A stretch of 14,262 nt of DNA. It comes from Armatimonadota bacterium. Lineage in GTDB: Bacteria > Armatimonadota > Zipacnadia > Zipacnadales > UBA5352. The DNA lies in contig JAYENL010000037.1 of assembly GCA_034722055.1 (NCBI GenBank), positions 1-14,262 on the forward strand, read 5' to 3'. This document shows positions 1 to 7,311 of this stretch, piece by piece. Position 1 is the first letter of the stretch. Every line of letters starts with the position of its first letter. A program made the position numbers and the translations under genes. The notes below the pieces were generated by a model, which searched no databases, was not told the DNA's origin, and worked only from the letters and a program-made list of their open reading frames with translations.

Positions 1-1
1 C

Positions 2-178
2 TGCGATCTGGGCGGCGCCGACTTCGAGGGATGCGACCTCTCCGACAGCCGCTTCTACCGCGGCAGCGTGGAGGACGCCCGCTTCACCTACGTGGACTTC
101 ACGGATGTGACACTGGAGCGGTGCGAGATTCGCGGGCTGGTCATCAACGGCGTGCGCATCGACGAGCTGATTGAGTGA
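2..178 (+). CDS. Pentapeptide-repeat protein, C-terminal fragment (5' end outside the window)
   Basis: Not in the ORF track. Manual translation from nt 2 gives CDLGGADFEGCDLSDSRFYRGSVEDARFTYVDFTDVTLERCEIRGLVINGVRIDELIE*, with 5-residue periodicity (CDLGG/ADFEG/CDLSD/SRFYR/GSVED/ARFTY/VDFTD). TGA at 176-178 overlaps the next ATG. Confidence 0.85.
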   Translation, partial: CDLGGADFEGCDLSDSRFYRGSVEDARFTYVDFTDVTLERCEIRGLVINGVRIDELIE

Positions 179-567
179 TGCGAGAGATCGTGACGCTCGA
201 ACAGGTCGAGAGCGTGCTGGTGGCGCTGGCCTGGGGGCTGCCCGCGGCCGGCCTGGTGTTCGGGGCCATCGTCGGACGCCTGCGAGGACGGGCGGGGCGG
301 GGCGCGGCAGCGGGCCTGGCCTTCGGCATGCTCGGGCCCATCGTGTGGGCCATGTGGCTGCTCTACGGGTACATGGTGCGGTACAATCCACAGACCGGCA
401 GGGCTGGGCTGCACTCCGTGTCGGTACACGCCCTGGCGGCGCTGATCTTCATCGTGGTGGGGGCGCTGCTGGGCGCGGCCTACCGGCGGATGATCGACCA
501 AGCTCTGGGCCGCGAGGACCAGAAGGATGCGGCCGCGAATAGGGCGGATACGGCCGAGCCGCGCTGA
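178..567 (+). CDS. Hypothetical membrane protein with about 3 hydrophobic segments
   Basis: ATG at 178 overlaps the upstream stop (TGATG). Hydrophobic stretches: VLVALAWGLPAAGLVFGAIVG, AAAGLAFGMLGPIVWAMWLLYGY, ALAALIFIVVGALLGAAY. Codon usage resembles the neighbouring genes. Confidence 0.75.
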   Translation: MREIVTLEQVESVLVALAWGLPAAGLVFGAIVGRLRGRAGRGAAAGLAFGMLGPIVWAMWLLYGYMVRYNPQTGRAGLHSVSVHALAALIFIVVGALLGAAYRRMIDQALGREDQKDAAANRADTAEPR

Positions 568-637
568 GCGCTGAGAGTGCACCGAGGGCGCCGCCCGCCT
601 GCCGCGGGCGGGGACAATGCAAAGGGAGAGACCGACA

Positions 638-1636
<999 letters not shown>

Positions 1637-1650
1637 CCTCAGGAAACCGC

Positions 1651-1673
1651 TGCAGGCTGGAAGCCTGCACCAC
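1651..1673 (-). repeat. REP-like palindrome A
   Basis: Minus strand reads GTGG-TGCAGGCT-TCC-AGCCTGCA: a tetranucleotide followed by a perfect 8-bp stem. Confidence 0.6.
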
Positions 1674-1675
1674 GG

Positions 1676-1716
1676 AAAAAGGCTGCGGGCGGAGGCGCTC
1701 GCCCTCCGCTCGCGCC
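1676..1716 (-). terminator. GC-rich hairpin with a U-tract only on the minus strand
   Basis: GCGGGCGGAGG (1685-1695) pairs with CCTCCGCTCGC (1703-1713), extended by GGC/GCC. AAAAA at 1676-1680 lies immediately upstream. Confidence 0.4.
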
Positions 1717-1724
1717 ATGTACTT

Positions 1725-1748
1725 GGAGCCCAGGCGCCCTCGCCTGGA
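1725..1748 (+). repeat. REP-like palindrome B
   Basis: GGAG-CCCAGGCG-CCCT-CGCCTGG-A, the same layout as palindromes A, C and E. Confidence 0.5.
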
Positions 1749-1754
1749 CAGCCG

Positions 1755-1783
1755 TTGCGCCTCTCCTCGGCTCGCGGTACAAT
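1755..1783 (+). promoter_or_regulatory. Sigma70-type promoter, probably giving a leaderless mRNA
   Basis: TTGCGC (1755-1760), 17-nt spacer, TACAAT (1778-1783). ATG follows at 1790 after 6 nt with no SD. Confidence 0.65.
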
Positions 1784-1789
1784 GTCCCC

Positions 1790-2077
1790 ATGCTCATCAG
1801 CGAGCCGATTGAGGTGCAGATGGAGGACACTGACCTGGCCATGAGGACGCCGGTGGCCTTCGTCTGGGACGGGACTCGCTACGAGATCGTGCGCATCCTC
1901 GACTTCTGGTTCGACACCGGCTTCGGCGCCCAGAGGCGCGGCCGGAGCTGGTGGATGCGTCGGCACCGCAACTGCTACCGCGTTGAGGCGTCGGACGGTC
2001 ACATCTACGACATCTATCTCGACCGCTCCGGCTCACAGCGCGAGTGGGTGCTGTATCAGCGCGTGGACGACGACTGA
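1790..2077 (+). CDS. DUF6504-like protein (stand-alone homologue of the ImuB C-terminal domain)
   Basis: Pattern PVAFVWDGTRYEI...SWW...RNCYRVEASDGHIYDIYLD...WVLY matches the recalled P-x-x-F-x-W-x-G...WW...R-x-x-Y/F-R-V-E...W-x-L signature of the family. Confidence 0.75.
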   Translation: MLISEPIEVQMEDTDLAMRTPVAFVWDGTRYEIVRILDFWFDTGFGAQRRGRSWWMRRHRNCYRVEASDGHIYDIYLDRSGSQREWVLYQRVDDD

Positions 2078-2227
2078 TTGCCGGCTGCGCGCGGGCCCCT
2101 GCAACTCAGGTCAGCACTGGGGCGCAGGCGGGGCTGTGGGTGCCGGGAGAGGCGCGCAAGCGCCTCCCGGCGCCTTCGCCCGCGCGTTCCGCCAGCATCG
2201 CCGATTCGCACCCGGTGCGGCGGAGCG

Positions 2228-2256
2228 TTGCCGGGCCTGCTTACATCGTGTATAAT
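2228..2256 (+). promoter_or_regulatory. Sigma70-type promoter of the TA module
   Basis: TTGCCG (2228-2233), 17-nt spacer, consensus TATAAT (2251-2256). SD GAGGTG at 2265-2270. Confidence 0.75.
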
Positions 2257-2276
2257 GCGCCCGCGAGGTGGCTATG

Positions 2277-2576
2277 ATGGCTGACGTCAAGGCGCTGTTG
2301 GATTGCCTCAAAGCAGAGCACCGTGAGTTTCTCGAGCGCCGTGCCGGGGAGCGCGAAACGACGATCGAACAGGAACTTGAGCGCGTTGTTGACCTGGCGA
2401 TGGCGCTCGATGCCCCGGATTCTGTCCAGGTCACGTACAATCCGAGGACGGGCGTCGTCTGCCGCATCCCCAGAAACCCGACAAGCCTGACGGACTTCGC
2501 AGGCATGATAACCGACCCCGAGGCGGCCGGGAAGGACGTCCATGACCTCCTCTACGGCGAGGAGGCTGATCGGTGA
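2277..2576 (+). CDS. Putative antitoxin in the VapB position, 99 aa
   Basis: SD 6 nt before ATG 2277 (ATG 2274 is an alternative). Its stop overlaps the PIN gene start (GTGA, 2573-2576). The acidic C-terminus DVHDLLYGEE resembles the HD-x-(x)-LYG ends common in VapC-associated antitoxins. Confidence 0.7.
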   Translation: MADVKALLDCLKAEHREFLERRAGERETTIEQELERVVDLAMALDAPDSVQVTYNPRTGVVCRIPRNPTSLTDFAGMITDPEAAGKDVHDLLYGEEADR

Positions 2577-2973
2577 GGCGCTCTTGGGTGGACTCGAGCT
2601 TCTGGTTTGCTTTGTTCTGCCGCGACGAGCCACGCCATGTAGAAGCAGTGCAACTTCTGAAGGAGTGCCGGGCCGGGCTGCACACAAGCACCTTCGTGCT
2701 CGCCGAGACAGCAAGCCTCGTGACGAAACGCGGCACGAAGGCGGCCGCCTCGATTTCTGCACGTATGTGCTGGAGGAGAACCCGTGCGAGGTCACCCATC
2801 CATCTGAGGACCAGATCCGAGCAGCCTGGGATGTGTTCCTGTCTTACCCCGACTGGGACTTCGACCTCGTCGATGCTATCAGCTTCACACTCATGCGCGA
2901 TCTGGAGATCGACAGTGCCCTGACACTCGACCGCCATTTCGCCGAGATGGGCTTCACCGCTCTGCCCGCCTGA
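2573..2973 (+). pseudogene. vapC: PIN-domain (VapC-type) toxin split by a 1-nt frameshift near 2749
   Basis: The frame of 2573 supplies WVDSSFWFAL...TSTFVLAET. The frame of 2542 supplies LDFCTYVL...FDLVDAISFTLMR...ALTLDRHF..MGF. One extra C at about 2749 joins them into a 133-aa PIN protein. SD GAGGAGG lies upstream of GTG 2573. Confidence 0.85.
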
Positions 2974-3044
2974 TGTTCACGGCGAAGAGGTGCACTGACG
3001 ACTGACACGCTCCCCCTGCGACCGCCTGACACCGAGGTGACTGC

Positions 3045-4298
3045 ATGACCATCACCCAGAAGCTGCTGGCCCGGGCGGCGGGCCGCGATGAGGTCAGGCC
3101 CGGCGAGTTCGTGACCTGCCGGCTCGACATGGTGCTGGGGAACGACGTCACGGCGCCGATCGCCATCGACGAGTTCCGGCGGATGCGGGCGGAGAGGGTC
3201 TTCGATCCAGCGAAGGTCGCGCTCGTGTGCGACCACGGGACCCCGAACCGCAACATCGACGCCGCCACCCAGACCAAGAAGGTCCGCGAGTTCGCTCGTG
3301 AGATGGGCATCCCCAACTACTGGGAGGCCGATCAGGGCGGCATCGAGCACATCATCCTGCCCGACAAGGGCCTGGTGATCCCCGGCGACGTGGTCATCGG
3401 AGCAGACTCCCACACCTGCACCTACGGGGCGCTGGGCGCGTTTGCCACCGGCGTGGGCTCCACCGACGCCGCCGCGGGCATGGCCACGGGCGAGTGCTGG
3501 TTCCGCGTCCCCAAGGCCATCGAGGTCATCTACTCGGGCACCCTGCGGCCCTGGGTGTCCGGCAAGGACCTGATCCTGCGGCTGATCGGCGAGATCGGCG
3601 TGGCCGGCGCGCGCTACCGGTCGCTGGAGTTCAGAGGCCAGGTCATCGACGCCCTGCCCATGGCGGGGCGCTTCACCATGTGCAACATGGCGATCGAGGC
3701 CGGCGCCAAGAACGGCATCATCGCGCCCGACCAGACCACGCTGGCGTGGGTGGCCGGCCGCAGCGACCGCGAGCCCGTGGCGCTTGCCAGCGATGCCGAC
3801 GCGCAATACGCTCGGACCGTCCAGATCGACTGCGACGACCTGGAGCCGCAGGTGGCCTTCCCACACCTTCCCGAGAACACCCGCGGCATCTCGGAGGTCG
3901 GCGAGGTGCCCATCGAGCAGGCCGTCATCGGCGCCTGCACCAACGGCCGGCTGGAGGACCTGCGCCAGGCCGCCAAGGTGCTCGAGGGGAGGCACGTGGC
4001 CGACGGCGTGCGCTGCATCATCATCCCCGGCAGCCACCAGATCCACCTTGAGGCCACGCGCGAGGGCCTGGTGGAGCTGTTCCTGGAGGCCGGATGCCTG
4101 GTCTCCACGCCCACCTGCGGGCCATGCCTGGGGATGCACATGGGCGTGCTGGCGGAGGGGGAGCGGGCTATCGCCACCACCAACCGGAACTTCGTGGGGC
4201 GGATGGGCCACCCCGGCAGCGAGGTCTATCTCGCCAGCCCTGCGGTCGCCGCCGCAAGCGCCGTCGCCGGCAGGATCGCCGGCCCGCAGGACGTCTGA
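3045..4298 (+). CDS. leuC: 3-isopropylmalate dehydratase large subunit (short type-2 form, aconitase family)
   Basis: [50 protein letters not shown], Fe-S ligands in IGACTNGR and [27 protein letters not shown] at 3034-3039. Confidence 0.93.
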   Translation: MTITQKLLARAAGRDEVRPGEFVTCRLDMVLGNDVTAPIAIDEFRRMRAERVFDPAKVALVCDHGTPNRNIDAATQTKKVREFAREMGIPNYWEADQGGIEHIILPDKGLVIPGDVVIGADSHTCTYGALGAFATGVGSTDAAAGMATGECWFRVPKAIEVIYSGTLRPWVSGKDLILRLIGEIGVAGARYRSLEFRGQVIDALPMAGRFTMCNMAIEAGAKNGIIAPDQTTLAWVAGRSDREPVALASDADAQYARTVQIDCDDLEPQVAFPHLPENTRGISEVGEVPIEQAVIGACTNGRLEDLRQAAKVLEGRHVADGVRCIIIPGSHQIHLEATREGLVELFLEAGCLVSTPTCGPCLGMHMGVLAEGERAIATTNRNFVGRMGHPGSEVYLASPAVAAASAVAGRIAGPQDV

Positions 4299-4314
4299 AC
4301 ACAATAGCCTACGC

Positions 4315-4338
4315 GTAGGTCGGGCATCCCTGCCCGAC
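4315..4338 (+). repeat. REP-like palindrome C
   Basis: GTAG-GTCGGGCA-TCCC-TGCCCGAC, a perfect 8-bp stem in the leuC-leuD spacer. It overlaps the palindrome CCTACGCGTAGG (4308-4319). Confidence 0.65.
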
Positions 4339-4365
4339 CACGCTGTTTGCACACGAGGTGTCACC

Positions 4366-4863
4366 ATGAAGGCGAGCGGGAAAGCGCATAAGTACGGGGA
4401 TCACGTGGACACCGACGCCATCGTCGCGGCGCGGTATCTGTCCATGACCGATCCCATCGAGCTGGCGGCGCACTGCATGCAGGACATCGATGAGGAGTTC
4501 GTGGAGCGCGTCGAGCCCGGTGACGTCATCGTGGCCGGCGAGAACTTCGGCTGCGGCAGCTCGCGCGAGCACGCACCCATCGCCATCAAGGCCGCCGGCG
4601 TCAGCGCGGTCATCGCCGCCAGCTTCGCCCGCATCTTCTACCGCAACGCCCTGAACATCGGCCTGCCCATCATCGAGAGCCCGGAGGCCGCGGCGGCCAT
4701 CAACGCGGGCGATGAGGTCACGGTGGACTCCGACGCGGGCACGATCGTCGATCACACCACCGGTGAGGAGTTCACGTTCCGGCCGCTGACGGGAATCGCG
4801 GCAGAGCTGGTCGAGGCGGGCGGGCTGGTGCCGATGGTGAGGGAGAAGCTGGGAACTACCTAG
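4366..4863 (+). CDS. leuD: 3-isopropylmalate dehydratase small subunit
   Basis: KYGDHVDTDAIVAARYL, AGENFGCGSSREHAP, VIAASFARIFYRNALNIGLP. SD GAGGTG at 4355-4360 defines ATG 4366; the ORF-track start of 3784 is an over-extension. Confidence 0.93.
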   Translation: MKASGKAHKYGDHVDTDAIVAARYLSMTDPIELAAHCMQDIDEEFVERVEPGDVIVAGENFGCGSSREHAPIAIKAAGVSAVIAASFARIFYRNALNIGLPIIESPEAAAAINAGDEVTVDSDAGTIVDHTTGEEFTFRPLTGIAAELVEAGGLVPMVREKLGTT

Positions 4864-4934
4864 GGAGCATTGGTGGGCGGGAAGCCGACCCTCAGGCGCC
4901 GGCGTCATCGCCGTTCCGCAGCCTGGATGCTCCC
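4863..4934. other. Three-way-junction-like structured element; left member of the inverted repeat around der
   Basis: Closing stem GGGAGCAT (4863-4870)/ATGCTCCC (4927-4934). Internal hairpin GGGCGG-GAAG-CCGACCC, and stem CAGGC/GCCTG enclosing CGGCG-TCAT-CGCCG. Confidence 0.5.
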
Positions 4935-4948
4935 GTCCGCGCGCTGTT

Positions 4949-4971
4949 GTAGTTCGCGGCATTGCATGCCG
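4949..4971 (+). repeat. REP-like palindrome D (divergent)
   Basis: GTAG-TTCG-CGGCAT-TGC-ATGCCG. Confidence 0.35.
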
Positions 4972-4975
4972 TTCC

Positions 4976-5000
4976 GTGGCACGGACACTCCTGTCCGTGC
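4976..5000 (+). repeat. REP-like palindrome E
   Basis: GTGG-CACGGACA-CTCC-TGTCCGTG-C, a perfect 8-9-bp stem. Confidence 0.65.
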
Positions 5001-5130
5001 GCCGTTCGGATCGATTCAACGACACGAGCAACCGACAGGAAGCCGGCGCAGCCGCACGATATCATCAAGTGGTACGAGAGGCGGCGCGGCCAACGGCTGA
5101 CGAGACCACAGCTACCTCAGAAGTGGACCC

Positions 5131-6486
5131 ATGCCAGTACCGATCGTCGCCATAGTCGGCCGCACGAACGTCGGCAAGTCCACCCTCTTCAACCGGATGG
5201 TGGGCCACCAGCTCGCGGTGGTTGATGACCAGCCCGGCATCACCCGCGATCGCCTCTACGCCGAGGTCGGGATCGGCGGCAGGATAGCCATCCTGGTGGA
5301 TACAGGCGGCCTGGTCGGCGCCGAGAGCGATGAGCTGATCACCGAGGTCACCGAGCAGGCCGCCGCGGCCCTGGGTGAGGCCGACGTGCTGGTGATGATG
5401 GTGGACGGGCTGCAGGGCATCACTCCGGCCGATCGCGAGGTGGCCGAGGTCGTGCGCCGCACCGGGAAGCCCGTGCTGCTGGCGGTCAACAAGCTGGAGG
5501 ACACCGCGGAGGGCCTCTACGACTTCTGGGAGCTGGCGATCGGCGAGCCGCATCGCATCTCCGCCCGCACCGGCTACGGCCTGCAGAGCCTGACGGAGGA
5601 GATCGCGGAGCTGCTCCCCGAGCCGGCCGAGCCGGTCGAGCGGGTCGAGGATGAGATCGCCTTCGCACTGGTGGGCCGGCCGAACGTGGGCAAGTCGGCC
5701 ATCGTCAACGCCATGCTCGGCGAGGATCGGGTCATCGTCAATGAGACGCCGGGCACCACCCGGGACGCGGTGGACATCGCCGTGGAGTTCGAGGGCCGGC
5801 CGCTGCGGCTGATCGACACCGCGGGGCTGCGCCGCAGCTCCCGCAGGGCTGAGGGCACGGAGTACTACTCCTCGCTGCGGACGGTCCGGGCGATGCAGCG
5901 GGCCGATGTCGGGGTCCTGGTGCTGGATGCCTACGAGGGCATCACGCGCCAGGATGAGCGCATCGCCGGGGAGATCGAGAAGGCCGGCCGCGGCATCGTG
6001 ATCGCGGCGAACAAATGGGACATCGTCCAGGAGATCATGGCACCGCCGGAGGACGCCACCGATGGCGAGCGGCGGCGCGCCGAGAAGACTGCCCGCGGGG
6101 ACTTCGAGCGCATCGCGCGCCACCACCTCTCCTTCCTCGACTACGCGCCCCTGGTCTTCACCTCCGCTATCACCGGCGAGGGCCTGCGGGAGCTGCTGGA
6201 GACCGGCGCCGACGTTGCCGAGCAGTTCGCCAGGCGCGTGGGCACCTCTCGAGTCAACCGCGTCATCCAGAACGCCATGAGGCAGCATCAGCCACCGGTT
6301 CGCGGTTCGCGGGCTCTTAAGGTATACTATGCCGCGCAGGTCGAGAGCCGGCCGCCGACCTTCGTGCTGAAGGTCAATGACCCCGACCTGTGTCACTTCT
6401 CGTACGAGCGCTACCTGCGCAACCGGCTGCGTGAGGAGTTCGGGCTTGAGGGAGTCCCGATCCGCATGCGGCTGGAGCCGCGATAG
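5131..6486 (+). CDS. der: Ribosome biogenesis GTPase Der (EngA)
   Basis: Two tandem G domains (GRTNVGKS/GITRD/DTGG/NKLE and GRPNVGKS/GTTRD/DTAG/NKWD) plus a C-terminal KH-like domain (PPTFV...SYERYLRNRLREEFGLEGVPI). Confidence 0.97.
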   Translation: MPVPIVAIVGRTNVGKSTLFNRMVGHQLAVVDDQPGITRDRLYAEVGIGGRIAILVDTGGLVGAESDELITEVTEQAAAALGEADVLVMMVDGLQGITPADREVAEVVRRTGKPVLLAVNKLEDTAEGLYDFWELAIGEPHRISARTGYGLQSLTEEIAELLPEPAEPVERVEDEIAFALVGRPNVGKSAIVNAMLGEDRVIVNETPGTTRDAVDIAVEFEGRPLRLIDTAGLRRSSRRAEGTEYYSSLRTVRAMQRADVGVLVLDAYEGITRQDERIAGEIEKAGRGIVIAANKWDIVQEIMAPPEDATDGERRRAEKTARGDFERIARHHLSFLDYAPLVFTSAITGEGLRELLETGADVAEQFARRVGTSRVNRVIQNAMRQHQPPVRGSRALKVYYAAQVESRPPTFVLKVNDPDLCHFSYERYLRNRLREEFGLEGVPIRMRLEPR

Positions 6487-6600
6487 CCCGGGTCGTGGGC
6501 GTCGCTCGGCCGGCGCCTGGCGATCCCGCTCAGGCCGGGATGAGAGCGTGCCACGGCGCGCTGTCAGCTTCCCGCCCGAGAGAAGCCAATGATCCCGGGC
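6486..6600 (+). other. Structured der-plsY spacer; right member of the inverted repeat around der
   Basis: Closing stem GCCCGGG-TCGT (6486-6496) with ATGA-T-CCCGGGC (6589-6600). Internal hairpins GGGCGTCG/CGGCGCCT, ATCCCG/CGGGAT and AGCGTGCC/GGCGCGCT. Confidence 0.45.
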
Positions 6601-6617
6601 AGCGAGGTGAGCGGCAG

Positions 6618-7262
6618 ATGACGGCACTGCATGGAGTGGGCCTGGCGCTTGCCTACCTGATCGGGGCCATCCCGGTGGGGCTGATGGTTGGCCTCGCCCG
6701 CGGGGTGGACGTCCGCAAGATCGGGAGCGGCAACATCGGCGCCACCAACGTCGTGCGCGGCCTCGGAGCCAGCTTCGGGCTGTTGGTCTTCGCGGTGGAT
6801 GTCGGCAAGGGCGCCGCCGGTGTCGCCGTCTGTCGGTCGCTGGGCATCGAGGGCTGGCTGCTGGCGATGGGGGCGCTCTTCGCGGTCCTGGGCCACAACT
6901 TCTCGCCCTACCTGGGCTTCAAGGGCGGCAAGGGCGTCGCCACCAGCCTGGGCGCCATGCTGGCGCTGGCGCCGGTGTCGGCCCTGATCGCGCTGGGCGT
7001 ATGGTTCCTGGTGGTGCTTCCGACCCGCTACGTCTCGCTGGCGTCGATCCTGGCGGCCGCCTCGCTGCCCTTCGCCTTCTCCCTGCGCCATCCGGCCCAT
7101 CCGCAGATGCTGGTGCCGGTGGCCGCGCTGGTGATCGTGGTCATCGGCAGACACCACGAGAATATCCACCGACTGCTGCGCGGCGAGGAGAACCGCTTCG
7201 GCAGCAGGCGCGAGAGCGCTGACGAGGGTCGGGAGCAACAGGCCCAGGCCGGCGAGCACTAG
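6618..7262 (+). CDS. plsY: Glycerol-3-phosphate 1-O-acyltransferase PlsY
   Basis: AYLIGAIP, DVRKIGSGNIGATNVVR, DVGKG, GHNFSPYLGFKGGKGVAT, RHHENIHRLLRGEE. SD GAGGTG at 6604-6609 before ATG 6618. Confidence 0.96.
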   Translation: MTALHGVGLALAYLIGAIPVGLMVGLARGVDVRKIGSGNIGATNVVRGLGASFGLLVFAVDVGKGAAGVAVCRSLGIEGWLLAMGALFAVLGHNFSPYLGFKGGKGVATSLGAMLALAPVSALIALGVWFLVVLPTRYVSLASILAAASLPFAFSLRHPAHPQMLVPVAALVIVVIGRHHENIHRLLRGEENRFGSRRESADEGREQQAQAGEH

Positions 7263-7311
7263 AGGCCTGCACATCGCTGCCGACGTGACCGAATCGCGAG
7301 AGGTCCACGCA

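Noticed and set aside
591..611. Hairpin CCGCCCGC/GCGGGCGG upstream of ilvC as a terminator or riboswitch
   Set aside because: It has no U-tract and no aptamer motif, and the spacer is only about 70 nt.
2542..2923. Two separate overlapping genes (2542-2973 and 2573-2923)
   Set aside because: Each carries only half of the PIN motifs, so one frameshifted gene explains both.
2992..3031. Short CTGAC repeats upstream of leuC as an operator, T-box or attenuator
   Set aside because: They are only 5-6-nt, irregularly spaced matches, with no T-box consensus, Leu-rich leader peptide or terminator.
3784..4365. Apparent 359-aa LeuD with a long N-terminal extension overlapping leuC
   Set aside because: The extension is low-complexity out-of-frame leuC sequence, and a clear SD defines ATG 4366.
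5158..5500. Non-canonical Der GD1 motifs (GRTNVGKS, NKLE)
   Set aside because: The P-loop consensus GxxxxGKS is intact, and NKxE variants occur in the first domain of other Der proteins.
6486..6600. HDV-like or hammerhead ribozyme in the der-plsY spacer
   Set aside because: No P3/L3 UCCUCG-type loop with a nested pseudoknot and no CUGANGA/GAAA core could be built by hand.
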